A program made the translations under genes and the position numbers. Shown piece by piece: positions 50,205 to 59,564 of a DNA stretch of 64,000 nucleotides. Positions within the stretch are counted from its first letter, which is position 1; the number at the start of each line of letters is the position of its first letter. The notes under the pieces were generated by a model. The model worked only from the letters and a program-made list of their open reading frames with translations, was not told the DNA's origin and did not search any database. Source of the DNA: an uncultured Bacteroidales bacterium (GTDB lineage: Bacteria; Bacteroidota; Bacteroidia; Bacteroidales; UBA10428); NCBI GenBank assembly GCA_964461435.1, contig CAYWUI010000015.1:132-64131 (forward strand), written 5' to 3'.

Positions 50205-50777
50205 ATGTCGCCCAGACGAAAGAGATTCAGGAGATTAGGATCTCCGCCCGTACTAAGAGGATTAAAACCTATTGGTGTACCTTTTATTGAAACAGGCATA
50301 ATATCTATACTTTTTGATGAGTACGAAGCATTAAGATTAGTGGACTATGAAAACCTGCATCATGAGGAAGCGGCAAATCTTATGAATGTGTCGAGGCCTA
50401 CATTCACAAGAATTTACAATAGCTGCCTGAAAAAAATTGCACGCGGGTTTGCAGAAGGAAAATCAATAATAGTCGAAGGCGGCAATGTTGAGTTTGACAG
50501 GCAATGGTACAGATGCAACGATTGCAATATTACTTTTCACTATTCCAGGAACAAAAATCCTGAATGCGCAAATTGCGGTTCGCAAAACGTCGAACACATA
50601 AACAGAAGCATAAGGGAATGGAAAGAAAAAAGACCTGACACCAAAAATGAAATTGAAACCAGGGAGTGTTGCGTCTGTACAAACTGTAATTATAAGGAGC
50701 CTCATGAACGTGGTGTACCCTGTTTCACAAGAATATGTCCTGTATGTAAAACACCACTGGTAAGACAGGACAGGTAA
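50205..50777 (+). CDS. DUF134 (UPF0251) HTH protein with two C-terminal Zn-ribbon-like modules
   Basis: MSPRRKR, EYEALRLVD, AA..MNVSRPTFTRI; CNDC/CANC and CTNC/CPVC. Confidence 0.88.
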   Translation: MSPRRKRFRRLGSPPVLRGLKPIGVPFIETGIISILFDEYEALRLVDYENLHHEEAANLMNVSRPTFTRIYNSCLKKIARGFAEGKSIIVEGGNVEFDRQWYRCNDCNITFHYSRNKNPECANCGSQNVEHINRSIREWKEKRPDTKNEIETRECCVCTNCNYKEPHERGVPCFTRICPVCKTPLVRQDR

Positions 50778-50832
50778 GAAGGATTGTTTATTAAAAATTT
50801 ATATATTATGTCTAACTTTAAAATTTATTATT

Positions 50833-51168
50833 ATGCCCAAAGGTGATAAAACAGGCCCTGAAGGACAAGGTCCGATGACGGGCAGAGGACTTGGATATTG
50901 TGCCGGATATCATGCACCTGGTTATGTCAGCAATATGTATGGAAGAGGAGCAGGCCGCGGATTAGGTATGGGAAGAGGAATGGGACTGGGATTTCGCGGC
51001 GGAAGAAGACACGGATATTATCCTTTTGCATTCAGACAACCGGCATATACGGCTCCTGTGAAAGAGGAAGAGCTTTATTTACTTAAAGCCCAGGCCGAAG
51101 CACTTAAAAAAGAGCTGGAAGAAATACAAAATCGTATTTCTGAACTTGACACTAAAAAAAGTGATTAG
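50833..51168 (+). CDS. DUF5320 family protein
   Basis: MPKGDKTGPEGQGPMTGRGLGYC, Gly/Arg-rich region and C-terminal coiled coil. Confidence 0.85.
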   Translation: MPKGDKTGPEGQGPMTGRGLGYCAGYHAPGYVSNMYGRGAGRGLGMGRGMGLGFRGGRRHGYYPFAFRQPAYTAPVKEEELYLLKAQAEALKKELEEIQNRISELDTKKSD

Positions 51169-51214
51169 TTATCAAAGCACATATTTATTTTGTTTAACTT
51201 AAAATTATAAAGCT

Positions 51215-51400
51215 ATGCCGAACAGAAATGGCACAGGCCCTTCAGGAAAAGGCCCGCGCACAGGCAAAGGTATGGGCAGGTGCAAAAAAGGAAAACAAAA
51301 AGATACGTATTACACTGAATCCACCCAAGGAAGAGGTGCTGGGAAAGGGAAAGGACAAGGGAAAGGTGAAGGACAAGGGAAAGGTGAAGGATTCAGATAA
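51215..51400 (+). CDS. Short DUF5320-like protein
   Basis: MPNRNGTGPSGKGPRTGKGMGRC. Confidence 0.65.
   Translation: MPNRNGTGPSGKGPRTGKGMGRCKKGKQKDTYYTESTQGRGAGKGKGQGKGEGQGKGEGFR
51353..51388 (+). repeat. 18-bp tandem repeat x2 (GQGKGE)
   Basis: GGACAAGGGAAAGGTGAA twice, with partial flanking units. Confidence 0.85.
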
Positions 51401-51428
51401 AAATAAATAAAACCTAAAATCATAAGAA

Positions 51429-52283
51429 ATGAATAGCGAAAAAAAGCAGGAAGAAAAATATCTTCCCGGGGTAAAGAATATTATTGCCATTGCTTCCGGT
51501 AAAGGGGGTGTGGGAAAATCAACGATAGCTGTAAACCTTGCGCTGGCTATTGCGCAGGAAGGACATAAAGTAGGTATTCTCGATGCTGATATTTTTGGCC
51601 CCTCAGTACCTAAAATGTTTGGTATTGAAGATATAAGGCCGCAAGTGACAAGGCTGGAAAATAAAGATATAATAATACCTGTTCAAAAGTATGGGATTAA
51701 AATCCTGTCCATAGGTCTGTTTATTTCAAGGTTTGATGCAACGGTCTGGAGAGGGCCCATGGCATCTAAAGTGCTGCAGCAGCTAATAAGAGATGGTGAC
51801 TGGGGAGAACTGGACTATATGTTTTTTGATCTGCCCCCGGGGACAAGTGACATACATCTCACACTGGTACAGACCCTGCCTGTAACAGGAGCTATTATAG
51901 TAAGCACTCCGCAGGATGTAGCACTTGCTGATGCAATAAAGGGAATCAGCATGTTTACGGGAAAATCTATAGATGTGCCGATACTCGGACTGGTTGAGAA
52001 TATGTCATGGTTCACTCCTGAAGAACTGCCGGATAAGAAATACTATATATTCGGTAAAGATGGATGTAAAAAGATCGCAGAAAAATTTAACGTTCCTGTA
52101 TTAGGACAAATTCCGATTATACAGGGAATTAGAGAAGGAGGAGATTCAGGAATACCGCCAGTGCTGGAAAACAAGGTAACAGGACAAAACTTCAGGGAAC
52201 TGGCCAAAAATGTTATAAAACGTGTAGAGTACAGGAACAAACATATTAAACCTACCAGGGTGGTGGAAATAACAAGAAAATAA
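51429..52283 (+). CDS. mrp: Mrp/NBP35 (ApbC) Fe-S carrier ATPase
   Basis: ASGKGGVGKST, DADIFGPS, WRGPM, DLPPGT and ENMS. Confidence 0.9.
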   Translation: MNSEKKQEEKYLPGVKNIIAIASGKGGVGKSTIAVNLALAIAQEGHKVGILDADIFGPSVPKMFGIEDIRPQVTRLENKDIIIPVQKYGIKILSIGLFISRFDATVWRGPMASKVLQQLIRDGDWGELDYMFFDLPPGTSDIHLTLVQTLPVTGAIIVSTPQDVALADAIKGISMFTGKSIDVPILGLVENMSWFTPEELPDKKYYIFGKDGCKKIAEKFNVPVLGQIPIIQGIREGGDSGIPPVLENKVTGQNFRELAKNVIKRVEYRNKHIKPTRVVEITRK

Positions 52284-52291
52284 ATAATAAA

Positions 52292-52627
52292 ATGAAAAGA
52301 ATTGCAATTCCGGTTTCCAATGGCATATTAAGTCCGCATTTCGGGCACTGTGAGAAATTTTATATATGCGAAGTCGAGGATAAAAAGGTTCATAGTGAAA
52401 CTTTTTTATCATCACCCCCTCATGAGCCTGGCATGTTACCCCAATGGTTAAACAGCCAGGGAGTTACGGATGTAATAGCAGGAGGTATGGGCCACAGGGC
52501 AATAAGCCTTTTTAATCAATCCAATATCAATGTATTTGTTGGTGCTCCCCAAAAAGAACCCGCAGCAATAATCAGCGAATTTCTTGACGGGACCCTGTTG
52601 TTAACTGACAATTATTGTGATCATTAA
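52292..52627 (+). CDS. NifB/NifX family Fe-Mo cofactor-binding protein
   Basis: HFGHC, PPHEPG, IAGGMG and NYCDH. Confidence 0.88.
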   Translation: MKRIAIPVSNGILSPHFGHCEKFYICEVEDKKVHSETFLSSPPHEPGMLPQWLNSQGVTDVIAGGMGHRAISLFNQSNINVFVGAPQKEPAAIISEFLDGTLLLTDNYCDH

Positions 52628-52638
52628 ACAATGCCATA

Positions 52639-53505
52639 TTGATGGATAATGAATGTAAGCTCTGCCTGGTAAAATCATTTGAAAAACTTTTAGAAGAAAA
52701 AGCTGGCAGTAATACCATTAAAAATGAACTCTCGGGGAGGATACGCGAATACGTTTACGGAGTTAATTCGGAGCTTAAAACACCTGAAGTTGCTAGAGAA
52801 ATTCATAAGATGCTGGCTGAAACATTACATATTTATGACCTCCATAAGGAAGAGAAACAGAGAAGCAATAACATCGTATTAAACAATTATGCAAGGTATA
52901 AGGAAATTGTTTTAAAATCGGCTAATCCTTTTGAGGCGGCATTAAGATTGTCAATTGCAGGTAATATAATGGATTTTGCAGCCTGTCCTGAATTTTTTAC
53001 GAACAGCGAACAGTACTTTAATAACATTGTAAATGACGTTCTTACAGTAAATTTTGCTATTGACAATTCAAAAGAACTGGAAGAAAGAATCTACTGTTCG
53101 AAAACATTATTGTTTCTTGGCGATAATGCCGGTGAAATAGTATTGGATAAACTACTGCTCGAGACTATCGGCCACCCGAACGTGTTTTATGCGGTAAGGG
53201 ATAAACCTGTCATTAATGATGTTACTGTCGAAGATGCTGATTATACAGGCATGGGAGGTGTAGCCAGGGTGATTTCCAATGGATATGATGCACCTTCAAC
53301 AATAATTGAAAAAGCATCCGTGGAGTTTATAAATATTTATAACAAATCCGACCTTATTATATCCAAAGGACAGGGAAATTTTGAGGGCTTAATTAACAAT
53401 AAAAGGGAAGATTTATTTTTCCTGTTGATAGTAAAGTGCGACGTCATAGCTCGGCTATTGGATGTAAAAAAGGGTGATTACGTGGTTAAGAAAAATATTT
53501 CATGA
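52639..53505 (+). CDS. ARMT1-like / DUF89 metal-dependent phosphatase
   Basis: ECKLC, IAGNIMDF, DNAGEIVLD and SKGQGNFE. Confidence 0.88.
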   Translation: MMDNECKLCLVKSFEKLLEEKAGSNTIKNELSGRIREYVYGVNSELKTPEVAREIHKMLAETLHIYDLHKEEKQRSNNIVLNNYARYKEIVLKSANPFEAALRLSIAGNIMDFAACPEFFTNSEQYFNNIVNDVLTVNFAIDNSKELEERIYCSKTLLFLGDNAGEIVLDKLLLETIGHPNVFYAVRDKPVINDVTVEDADYTGMGGVARVISNGYDAPSTIIEKASVEFINIYNKSDLIISKGQGNFEGLINNKREDLFFLLIVKCDVIARLLDVKKGDYVVKKNIS

Positions 53506-53557
53506 CTATTTAACATTACGAGCATATAATTTTTCATTCATAAATTCTATAAAAAGG

Positions 53558-54010
53558 ATGAATAATATTATTCTTAAGCCTATAGGCATAATTCGCACTC
53601 CTTACATTAATGTTGAAAATATCCCGATACAGGGAATTTTTGGAAATAATATAGAAGGTTACATTGAATTAGATGATAAATACAGGGATGGTCTGGCTGA
53701 TTTGGACAAATTCAGCCATGCTATACTTATATATTACTTCCATTGTTCATCAAGGGAAGATACTGTAAGTCGCCCCTTCCTTGAGAGTACCGAACATGGG
53801 ATATTTGCAATAAGAAGTCCGCACAGGCCCAATCATCTGGGTGTGTCTACAGTGAAGATTAAGGAAATAACCGGCAACAAAATGTATTTTACTGATGTGG
53901 ATATGCTTGACCAGACGCCTTTATTGGACATTAAACCGTATATCAAATATTTTGACCAGCGCAACGATGTCGTATCAGGATGGGTGGATTCCCATTTTAA
54001 GGATAAATAA
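53558..54010 (+). CDS. tsaA: TsaA/TrmO tRNA (m6t6A37) methyltransferase family
   Basis: LKPIGIIRTP, GIFAIRSPHRPN and DQTPLLDIKPY; start MNNII preferred. Confidence 0.85.
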   Translation: MNNIILKPIGIIRTPYINVENIPIQGIFGNNIEGYIELDDKYRDGLADLDKFSHAILIYYFHCSSREDTVSRPFLESTEHGIFAIRSPHRPNHLGVSTVKIKEITGNKMYFTDVDMLDQTPLLDIKPYIKYFDQRNDVVSGWVDSHFKDK

Positions 54011-54107
54011 TTCAAAAAATGATAAATGATACTATGCAATAATTAAGGAATTTGACGTCAATTATTAATAGTATCAGAATTTTAAATTTTTAAGAGATTT
54101 TAGTCAG

Positions 54108-54992
54108 ATGAAAATAGCTATAGCCAGCGGTAAAGGAGGAACAGGAAAAACCACGGTTTCTGTGAATCTTGCTCATATGCTAAGCAGGAAAAACGGTAAG
54201 GATGTGGTTCTGGCCGATCTGGATGTTGAAGAACCTGATTCAGCATTCTTTATAAAGGGAGAAATGCAATACAGGGAAGATAAATACAGGGCTGTCCCTG
54301 AATGGAATTATAAAAACTGCACCTTTTGCAACCAGTGCAGAACACTCTGCAAATTCAACGCAATAGTCCGGTTACCCGAACAAATATTAATATTTCCGGA
54401 GCTCTGCCACTCATGTTATATATGCGCTGATCTTTGCCCCGGGGAAGCTCTGAGAATGAAGGGTGAAAAAACGGGCACCCTTACTTATTTTAAATCAGGA
54501 CAGATTAACCTTGTTGAAAGCAGACTTGAAATTGGCGAGCCCTCAGCCGTACCTCTCATTCGGCAGACAAAAGAATGGCTGGATATCCATTTCCCCGGCA
54601 AAGAAATATTAATTTTTGACTGCCCCCCGGGCAACTCATGCTCCTTTACTGAAGCTGTTGAAAACACGGATTTCGTTATTTTAGTAACCGAGCCTACCCA
54701 TTTTGGCCTGCATGATTTAAAAATAGCAGTTGAAACGGTTAGAAAGCTGCGATTACTGTTTGGAGTGGTAATAAATAAATACGGAACAGGAAACAAAGAT
54801 GTTGAGATATACTGTGAAGATAATAATATCCCTGTACTGGGGAAAATATACTTTCAAAGGGAAATAGCAGAAGCTTATTCAAAAGGAGAACTATTGTATG
54901 CCAAATACCACGAATTCAGGTCTGAATTGATCCATATATATAAGTATCTGACAAGCCTGGTTTTTCAAACACATAAAATTAATTATACATAA
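54108..54992 (+). CDS. MinD-like P-loop ATPase with 2x[4Fe-4S] ferredoxin insert
   Basis: SGKGGTGKTT, DLDVEEP, CTFCNQC...C, CHSCYIC...CP, DCPPG and TEPT. Confidence 0.88.
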   Translation: MKIAIASGKGGTGKTTVSVNLAHMLSRKNGKDVVLADLDVEEPDSAFFIKGEMQYREDKYRAVPEWNYKNCTFCNQCRTLCKFNAIVRLPEQILIFPELCHSCYICADLCPGEALRMKGEKTGTLTYFKSGQINLVESRLEIGEPSAVPLIRQTKEWLDIHFPGKEILIFDCPPGNSCSFTEAVENTDFVILVTEPTHFGLHDLKIAVETVRKLRLLFGVVINKYGTGNKDVEIYCEDNNIPVLGKIYFQREIAEAYSKGELLYAKYHEFRSELIHIYKYLTSLVFQTHKINYT

Positions 54993-55038
54993 TATATTAA
55001 ATACACGAACAAGGGACTATAACGGCGGGGAAACAGTC

Positions 55039-55905
55039 ATGAAAGAAATAGTGCTAATATCGGGCAAGGGAGGTACGGGGAAAACAAGCATAACAGCCTC
55101 CCTGGCAAAGATCTCCGGCAACAGGACTGTCATTGCAGACTGCGATGTGGACGCTTCCAACCTGCATTTGCTTCTTAATCCTGATTATTCCCAATCAGAG
55201 GATTTCTTCAGTGGCTACCTGGCCTTTATTGATAAAAATAAATGTACGAAGTGTGATAAATGTAAAGATGTTTGCAGGTTTAAAGCTATTGATAATTACT
55301 TCATAAATGAATTGCGCTGTGAAGGTTGTGGATATTGTGAAATTGTCTGCCCTGAAAATGCAATAGAATTGAAAAAGGCATACAGGGGTAAAATATATAT
55401 TTCAGGCACACGCATGGACAAGGTGCTGGTTCATGCAGAAATGGAAACTGGTGCACAAAACTCAGGGAAGCTCGTAGCTTCAATAAGATCAGCTGCAAAA
55501 AAAATTGCTGCGGATAATAATGCAGAGTATATCCTTATTGACGGATCTCCCGGTATCGGCTGTCCCGTTATTGCATCATTAACCGGAGCTGACCTGGCAA
55601 TAATTGTAACCGAACCTTCTGTTTCAGGGAAAAATGATATGATCAGGATTCACAAGCTTATTAATAAAATGCCCGTGAAGGCTGCGGTCATTGTCAACAA
55701 ATCAGATATAAATAAGAAGATACTTGCAGAAATAAAAAGTTACTCTGCAGATAACAACATTGCAATTCTTGAAGATATACCGTTCAGCAATTTGTTCCAT
55801 GAGGCCCTGGCTGAAAAAAAAGCCGTTGTTGAATTAAAGGAAAATGCTATAGCAGACAAAATCAATAATTCCTGGATAAAAATTAATAACCTTATAAATT
55901 TATAA
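55039..55905 (+). CDS. Second MinD-like P-loop ATPase with ferredoxin insert
   Basis: SGKGGTGKTS, DCDVDASN, CTKCDKC, CEGCGYC...CP and DGSPGIGCP. Confidence 0.88.
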   Translation: MKEIVLISGKGGTGKTSITASLAKISGNRTVIADCDVDASNLHLLLNPDYSQSEDFFSGYLAFIDKNKCTKCDKCKDVCRFKAIDNYFINELRCEGCGYCEIVCPENAIELKKAYRGKIYISGTRMDKVLVHAEMETGAQNSGKLVASIRSAAKKIAADNNAEYILIDGSPGIGCPVIASLTGADLAIIVTEPSVSGKNDMIRIHKLINKMPVKAAVIVNKSDINKKILAEIKSYSADNNIAILEDIPFSNLFHEALAEKKAVVELKENAIADKINNSWIKINNLINL

Positions 55906-55909
55906 AACA

Positions 55910-56236
55910 ATGAAAATAATATTTTCGTCAACAGGAAAAAACTGGGAAGATAACATAGACGATAGATTTGGCCGTGCCAAAGGATTTGTGCTTTATGATG
56001 AAGATAATGACAAGCTTAGCTGGCTTTCCAATGATAAAAACATGAATGCCGGACATGGTGCGGGCATTCAGGCAGCCCAGCTCGTTTTAAATACCGGTGC
56101 TGAAATATTAATAACCGGAAGGATTGGACCCAAAGCCCGCGAAGTTTTAGAAAAAACAAACATTAAAATATATGAAACCGCTAATGTTAGTATAAAACAA
56201 GCTTATAAAAATTTTAAGGAAGGACTTTTAAAATAA
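55910..56236 (+). CDS. NifB/NifX family protein
   Basis: IDDRFGRA, GHGAGIQAAQ and ITGRIGPKA. Confidence 0.88.
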   Translation: MKIIFSSTGKNWEDNIDDRFGRAKGFVLYDEDNDKLSWLSNDKNMNAGHGAGIQAAQLVLNTGAEILITGRIGPKAREVLEKTNIKIYETANVSIKQAYKNFKEGLLK

Positions 56237-56261
56237 TATGCATAATTAAAATTTATATAAG

Positions 56262-56459
56262 ATGAAAATTATCAGGGGAGTATTAGTTAAAATAGCTATA
56301 TTATTATTAATAGTAGCAACAACTTCATGCGCTGTTACTTCAAAGTATAAATACAGGAAAAGAAGAAAAATCAAACCCTGTGATTGCCCGCAGTTCGGTA
56401 AAAGTTCCGCTGAAATTAATTACACGGCAACATCACTCTTTTCCTATAAGACAGATTAA
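56262..56459 (+). CDS. Small basic lipoprotein with CxCP motif
   Basis: Lipobox TTSC, KYKYRKRRK and PCDCPQF. Confidence 0.55.
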   Translation: MKIIRGVLVKIAILLLIVATTSCAVTSKYKYRKRRKIKPCDCPQFGKSSAEINYTATSLFSYKTD

Positions 56460-56461
56460 TA

Positions 56462-57385
56462 TTATAATATAAAATCACCGGCCACATTTAATATTATTCC
56501 GAATTTTGTTGCCAGCTGTATACCGTTAAAATACTGATATACTGGAATGCTTCCCATAAGCGATATATTCCATTTCTCTTTTATGGTAAAGTTTATTTGC
56601 GGCACAGCAAGCAGTGAGTAGCCCCCCGTATATTCGACAGTACGATCATTAATCCTGTCCCTTCCCCTGAATTCATTTCTCAGCTGTAAAATGGTTGTCC
56701 AGTCACCTTTTAACCTGTTATACATAAGATGTTTGGACAGGTATGCTGAGGCTGCAAAATAATTGCCATACCTGTAGCCAGCATTATTTTTATAATTATG
56801 CTCACCCCGTGCTATAAAAAAGTACCTCAATCCTCTGAATGAATTTTCCTTAACGATAAAACCCTGTAAAACATAGCCAAATGCATGGGTTGAAGGCTGC
56901 AGTTCATGCGGCACCTCAACCATGTCAACTTTTTGCAGCTCCCTGGTAAGAGGCAGTTTTATGCCTGCACTCCCGGAACAATAAAATCTTTTATCATGAT
57001 TTGTAACCAAACTGAATTTGGGAGAGATAACAATATTATTAAACCCGTATCCCTTACTCGTTGTATTCTCAAATTCATAGGTTTTGTTCAAAAAATAGCC
57101 TATTTCGGATTCCAGGGTAAATTTGTTAAAAAATCCATATGCCAGAATGGCAGCCAGGTAATTATAATCAGCCTTTTTCACCAGTGAATAATCCGTTCTT
57201 TTATTTCCCTCAAAATATTCATCCATAAGCCCATAATTATATGTACCAATAAATTTAAATGTATTTTTCTCAAGGACCAGCAGATTGGATATTCCGCCAA
57301 CAGGATTGAGTGATGAAAAACATTGTGCCTGCGATTGAATATATAATGAAAAAATAAAAATTATTAAGGCCGAATAATATCTCAT
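56462..57385 (-). CDS. Hypothetical outer-membrane protein (beta-barrel-like)
   Basis: Signal peptide, mature N-terminus QCF and alternating aromatic strands. Confidence 0.55.
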   Translation of the reverse strand: MRYYSALIIFIFSLYIQSQAQCFSSLNPVGGISNLLVLEKNTFKFIGTYNYGLMDEYFEGNKRTDYSLVKKADYNYLAAILAYGFFNKFTLESEIGYFLNKTYEFENTTSKGYGFNNIVISPKFSLVTNHDKRFYCSGSAGIKLPLTRELQKVDMVEVPHELQPSTHAFGYVLQGFIVKENSFRGLRYFFIARGEHNYKNNAGYRYGNYFAASAYLSKHLMYNRLKGDWTTILQLRNEFRGRDRINDRTVEYTGGYSLLAVPQINFTIKEKWNISLMGSIPVYQYFNGIQLATKFGIILNVAGDFIL

Positions 57386-57386
57386 C

Positions 57387-57746
57387 TCATATTACTTGGA
57401 TTGTTAATGTCATGGATTCCGAATTACCACAAACATCAATTACTTTACAGGTAACCTCAATTTCTCCTGTTGCACAAGGTGTGGCAATATAAACCACTGA
57501 AGATCCCGAACCATTAATTACACCCAGTGTTTTTGTCCACTCGTATACGAGTCCGTCCCCCTGGGCCTCAGCGGTAACAGCAGTCTCTCCTCCCGACTCT
57601 ATCGTATCATTTTCTGCTGTGAGACTATAAAAGTATATAGGATTACAGTTTTCAGGTTTATTCTTTTCTTTATCACATGCAAGAAATAATGGGGACAAAA
57701 GGGAAAAAGTGATTAACAGAATTCTTATACATTTCATGATTTTCAT
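57387..57746 (-). CDS. PKD/Ig-like lipoprotein
   Basis: LAC lipobox, GDGLVYEW and EVTCKVID. Confidence 0.6.
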   Translation of the reverse strand: MKIMKCIRILLITFSLLSPLFLACDKEKNKPENCNPIYFYSLTAENDTIESGGETAVTAEAQGDGLVYEWTKTLGVINGSGSSVVYIATPCATGEIEVTCKVIDVCGNSESMTLTIQVI

Positions 57747-58639
57747 TTTCTGTCTTTAATACATCTGATTGAAAAAGCATATGTTTTCGGGAAAGTGTTC
57801 CATCTACCTACCCTGCTGTCAGCTATGTTCAGACAACGGCGCCATGCATAAGAGCCATCTTCAGTTTCAGTTGAAGTCCATGCATATTCAAAAACTGCCA
57901 GAAAATTATATACGCCGCTTGAAGACCTCCCTCCTGACAGCATAGCTTCATAACCTGATGTTCCTCCTTTTATTAGCGCTGTGCCCACACCATCCCCTCT
58001 CCAGTCATTTTCCATATCAGCTTCTTCCTGTGTCATACCAAGGTATAACTCAAGGGTTTTCCATTCTCCGTCAGATGGTATGTGCCAGCCATCCGGACAA
58101 ATACCCTGGGACATTTCAGTCACAGAACCGTTCATTGCCGCATCCCATGTATATAATCTCCCGTAAGTGTCTTCATATAACGTATCATCATTAAAGCAAT
58201 AGCTTGTTATAGCTGATCCGTCAGGGGCTTTCGTTACCCTTAGATTTTCCCCCATCCATTTTTGGGTACCTATCAAAACAACAGGGTAACTATTACCTTC
58301 TATATCAATGACCATATTAACAGAATCAGGCTGCTCTACCACCATACTGTCAGTAGCTGCTGAATCAACCGCATCGGTTACGGTGACCTTATATGTTCCT
58401 GCAGTCAGACTGTCAATATCTTCTTTGGCAGAACCGTTGGACCAGCTATACTGATAGGGAGTAACTCCTCCTGATACCGATATATCAATTGAGCCGTCAT
58501 TCTCTCCATATGCTGAAACATCCCTCACCGCATAGTCAATTTTTAACATATCAGGTACGGGTTTATCTTCCTCACAGTACGTCAACAGAAAACTGCCAGT
58601 GACAAGAAAATATATACCGGATTTGTAAATTCCAGGCAC
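57743..58639 (-). CDS. SprB-repeat + FISUMP (Fib_succ_major) lipoprotein
   Basis: GGVTPYQYSWSNG, IGTQKWMGENL, YGRLYTW, CPDGWHIP and FSIRC. Confidence 0.85.
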   Translation of the reverse strand: MPGIYKSGIYFLVTGSFLLTYCEEDKPVPDMLKIDYAVRDVSAYGENDGSIDISVSGGVTPYQYSWSNGSAKEDIDSLTAGTYKVTVTDAVDSAATDSMVVEQPDSVNMVIDIEGNSYPVVLIGTQKWMGENLRVTKAPDGSAITSYCFNDDTLYEDTYGRLYTWDAAMNGSVTEMSQGICPDGWHIPSDGEWKTLELYLGMTQEEADMENDWRGDGVGTALIKGGTSGYEAMLSGGRSSSGVYNFLAVFEYAWTSTETEDGSYAWRRCLNIADSRVGRWNTFPKTYAFSIRCIKDRK

Positions 58640-58755
58640 AAGATTAAAATTTTATTCCTTAAAAATCATTTATTAATCGCAGCACACAAAAATATAGAAA
58701 ATCTTTAGCACATTGAACGCGAGTTCGTTATTTTTAATACTTAATAATTTAATAT

Positions 58756-59001
58756 AATATAGTTATGTGGATTCCTGAAGAAAAAATTCTGTTCGGCGGA
58801 TGTATGGTAAGAGCCTTATCTTCAACTACGCCTGGGAATATTAGTGATACTGACATGGACAGCTGGCCCTCAACAATAGGGAAGATTATAGGCAGGTTCG
58901 GACATGCCCTTATAGTTGTTCCGGTGCACGGTGTTTACGGGGGACCGGAGCTTCTGACACATACATTAAACCTGGTTAAGCAGTTTACAGAAGATCAATA
59001 A
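58756..59001 (+). pseudogene. C-terminal remnant of a subclass B1 metallo-beta-lactamase
   Basis: NIVMWIPEEKILFGGCMV...GN...WP.TI...VVPVHG..GG.ELLTHT. In-frame TAA at 58750; no HxHxD N-half upstream. Confidence 0.75.
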
Positions 59002-59048
59002 GGCCTGTCATTTAATCTGTCAGTAAATCCATTTTAGTTTTCAACTAT

Positions 59049-59564
59049 TTATAAATTTATGTTTTTAAACATTTCTTTTATGATACATGCCGGATTGCAT
59101 AAAAGCATAGGTACTTCTTTCTTATACTTCCTGTATTCATCTCCAAACTTTTCCAGGCATTCTTTTTCTTCAATGAATATTACAAAAATTAATACCCATA
59201 GCCATTGGCTAATTATGATTATTAAGAATGTTATCGGGTATCCTACCAGTAATCCCAGGAAGGTCATAAATAATCCTACTCCCAGATGATGCGGATGCCT
59301 TACACATTTATATACATTTCTTATAATAAGTTTGGTAGACCATCCCCAAAGCTCACATTCACCATACATCCTTAATAATTTGCCGGTTCTTTTTAAAAGG
59401 AAATGTGCAAGGAACATTCCCGTAAATCCGGTTATTCTGACATAAACAGGAAAATTCCTTGTTCCTGAATAAATCAAATCCAACAATAATCCAATAATAA
59501 TACTAATCATGGTAAGAGATATCCATATAATCAATCTTTTACGGCATTTGCTGCATATTGCCAT
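59049..59564 (-). CDS. PEMT/ICMT-family membrane methyltransferase
   Basis: TM helices, YKCVRHP..LG and EE..C.EKFG.EY..YKK.VP. Confidence 0.75.
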   Translation of the reverse strand: MAICSKCRKRLIIWISLTMISIIIGLLLDLIYSGTRNFPVYVRITGFTGMFLAHFLLKRTGKLLRMYGECELWGWSTKLIIRNVYKCVRHPHHLGVGLFMTFLGLLVGYPITFLIIIISQWLWVLIFVIFIEEKECLEKFGDEYRKYKKEVPMLLCNPACIIKEMFKNINL

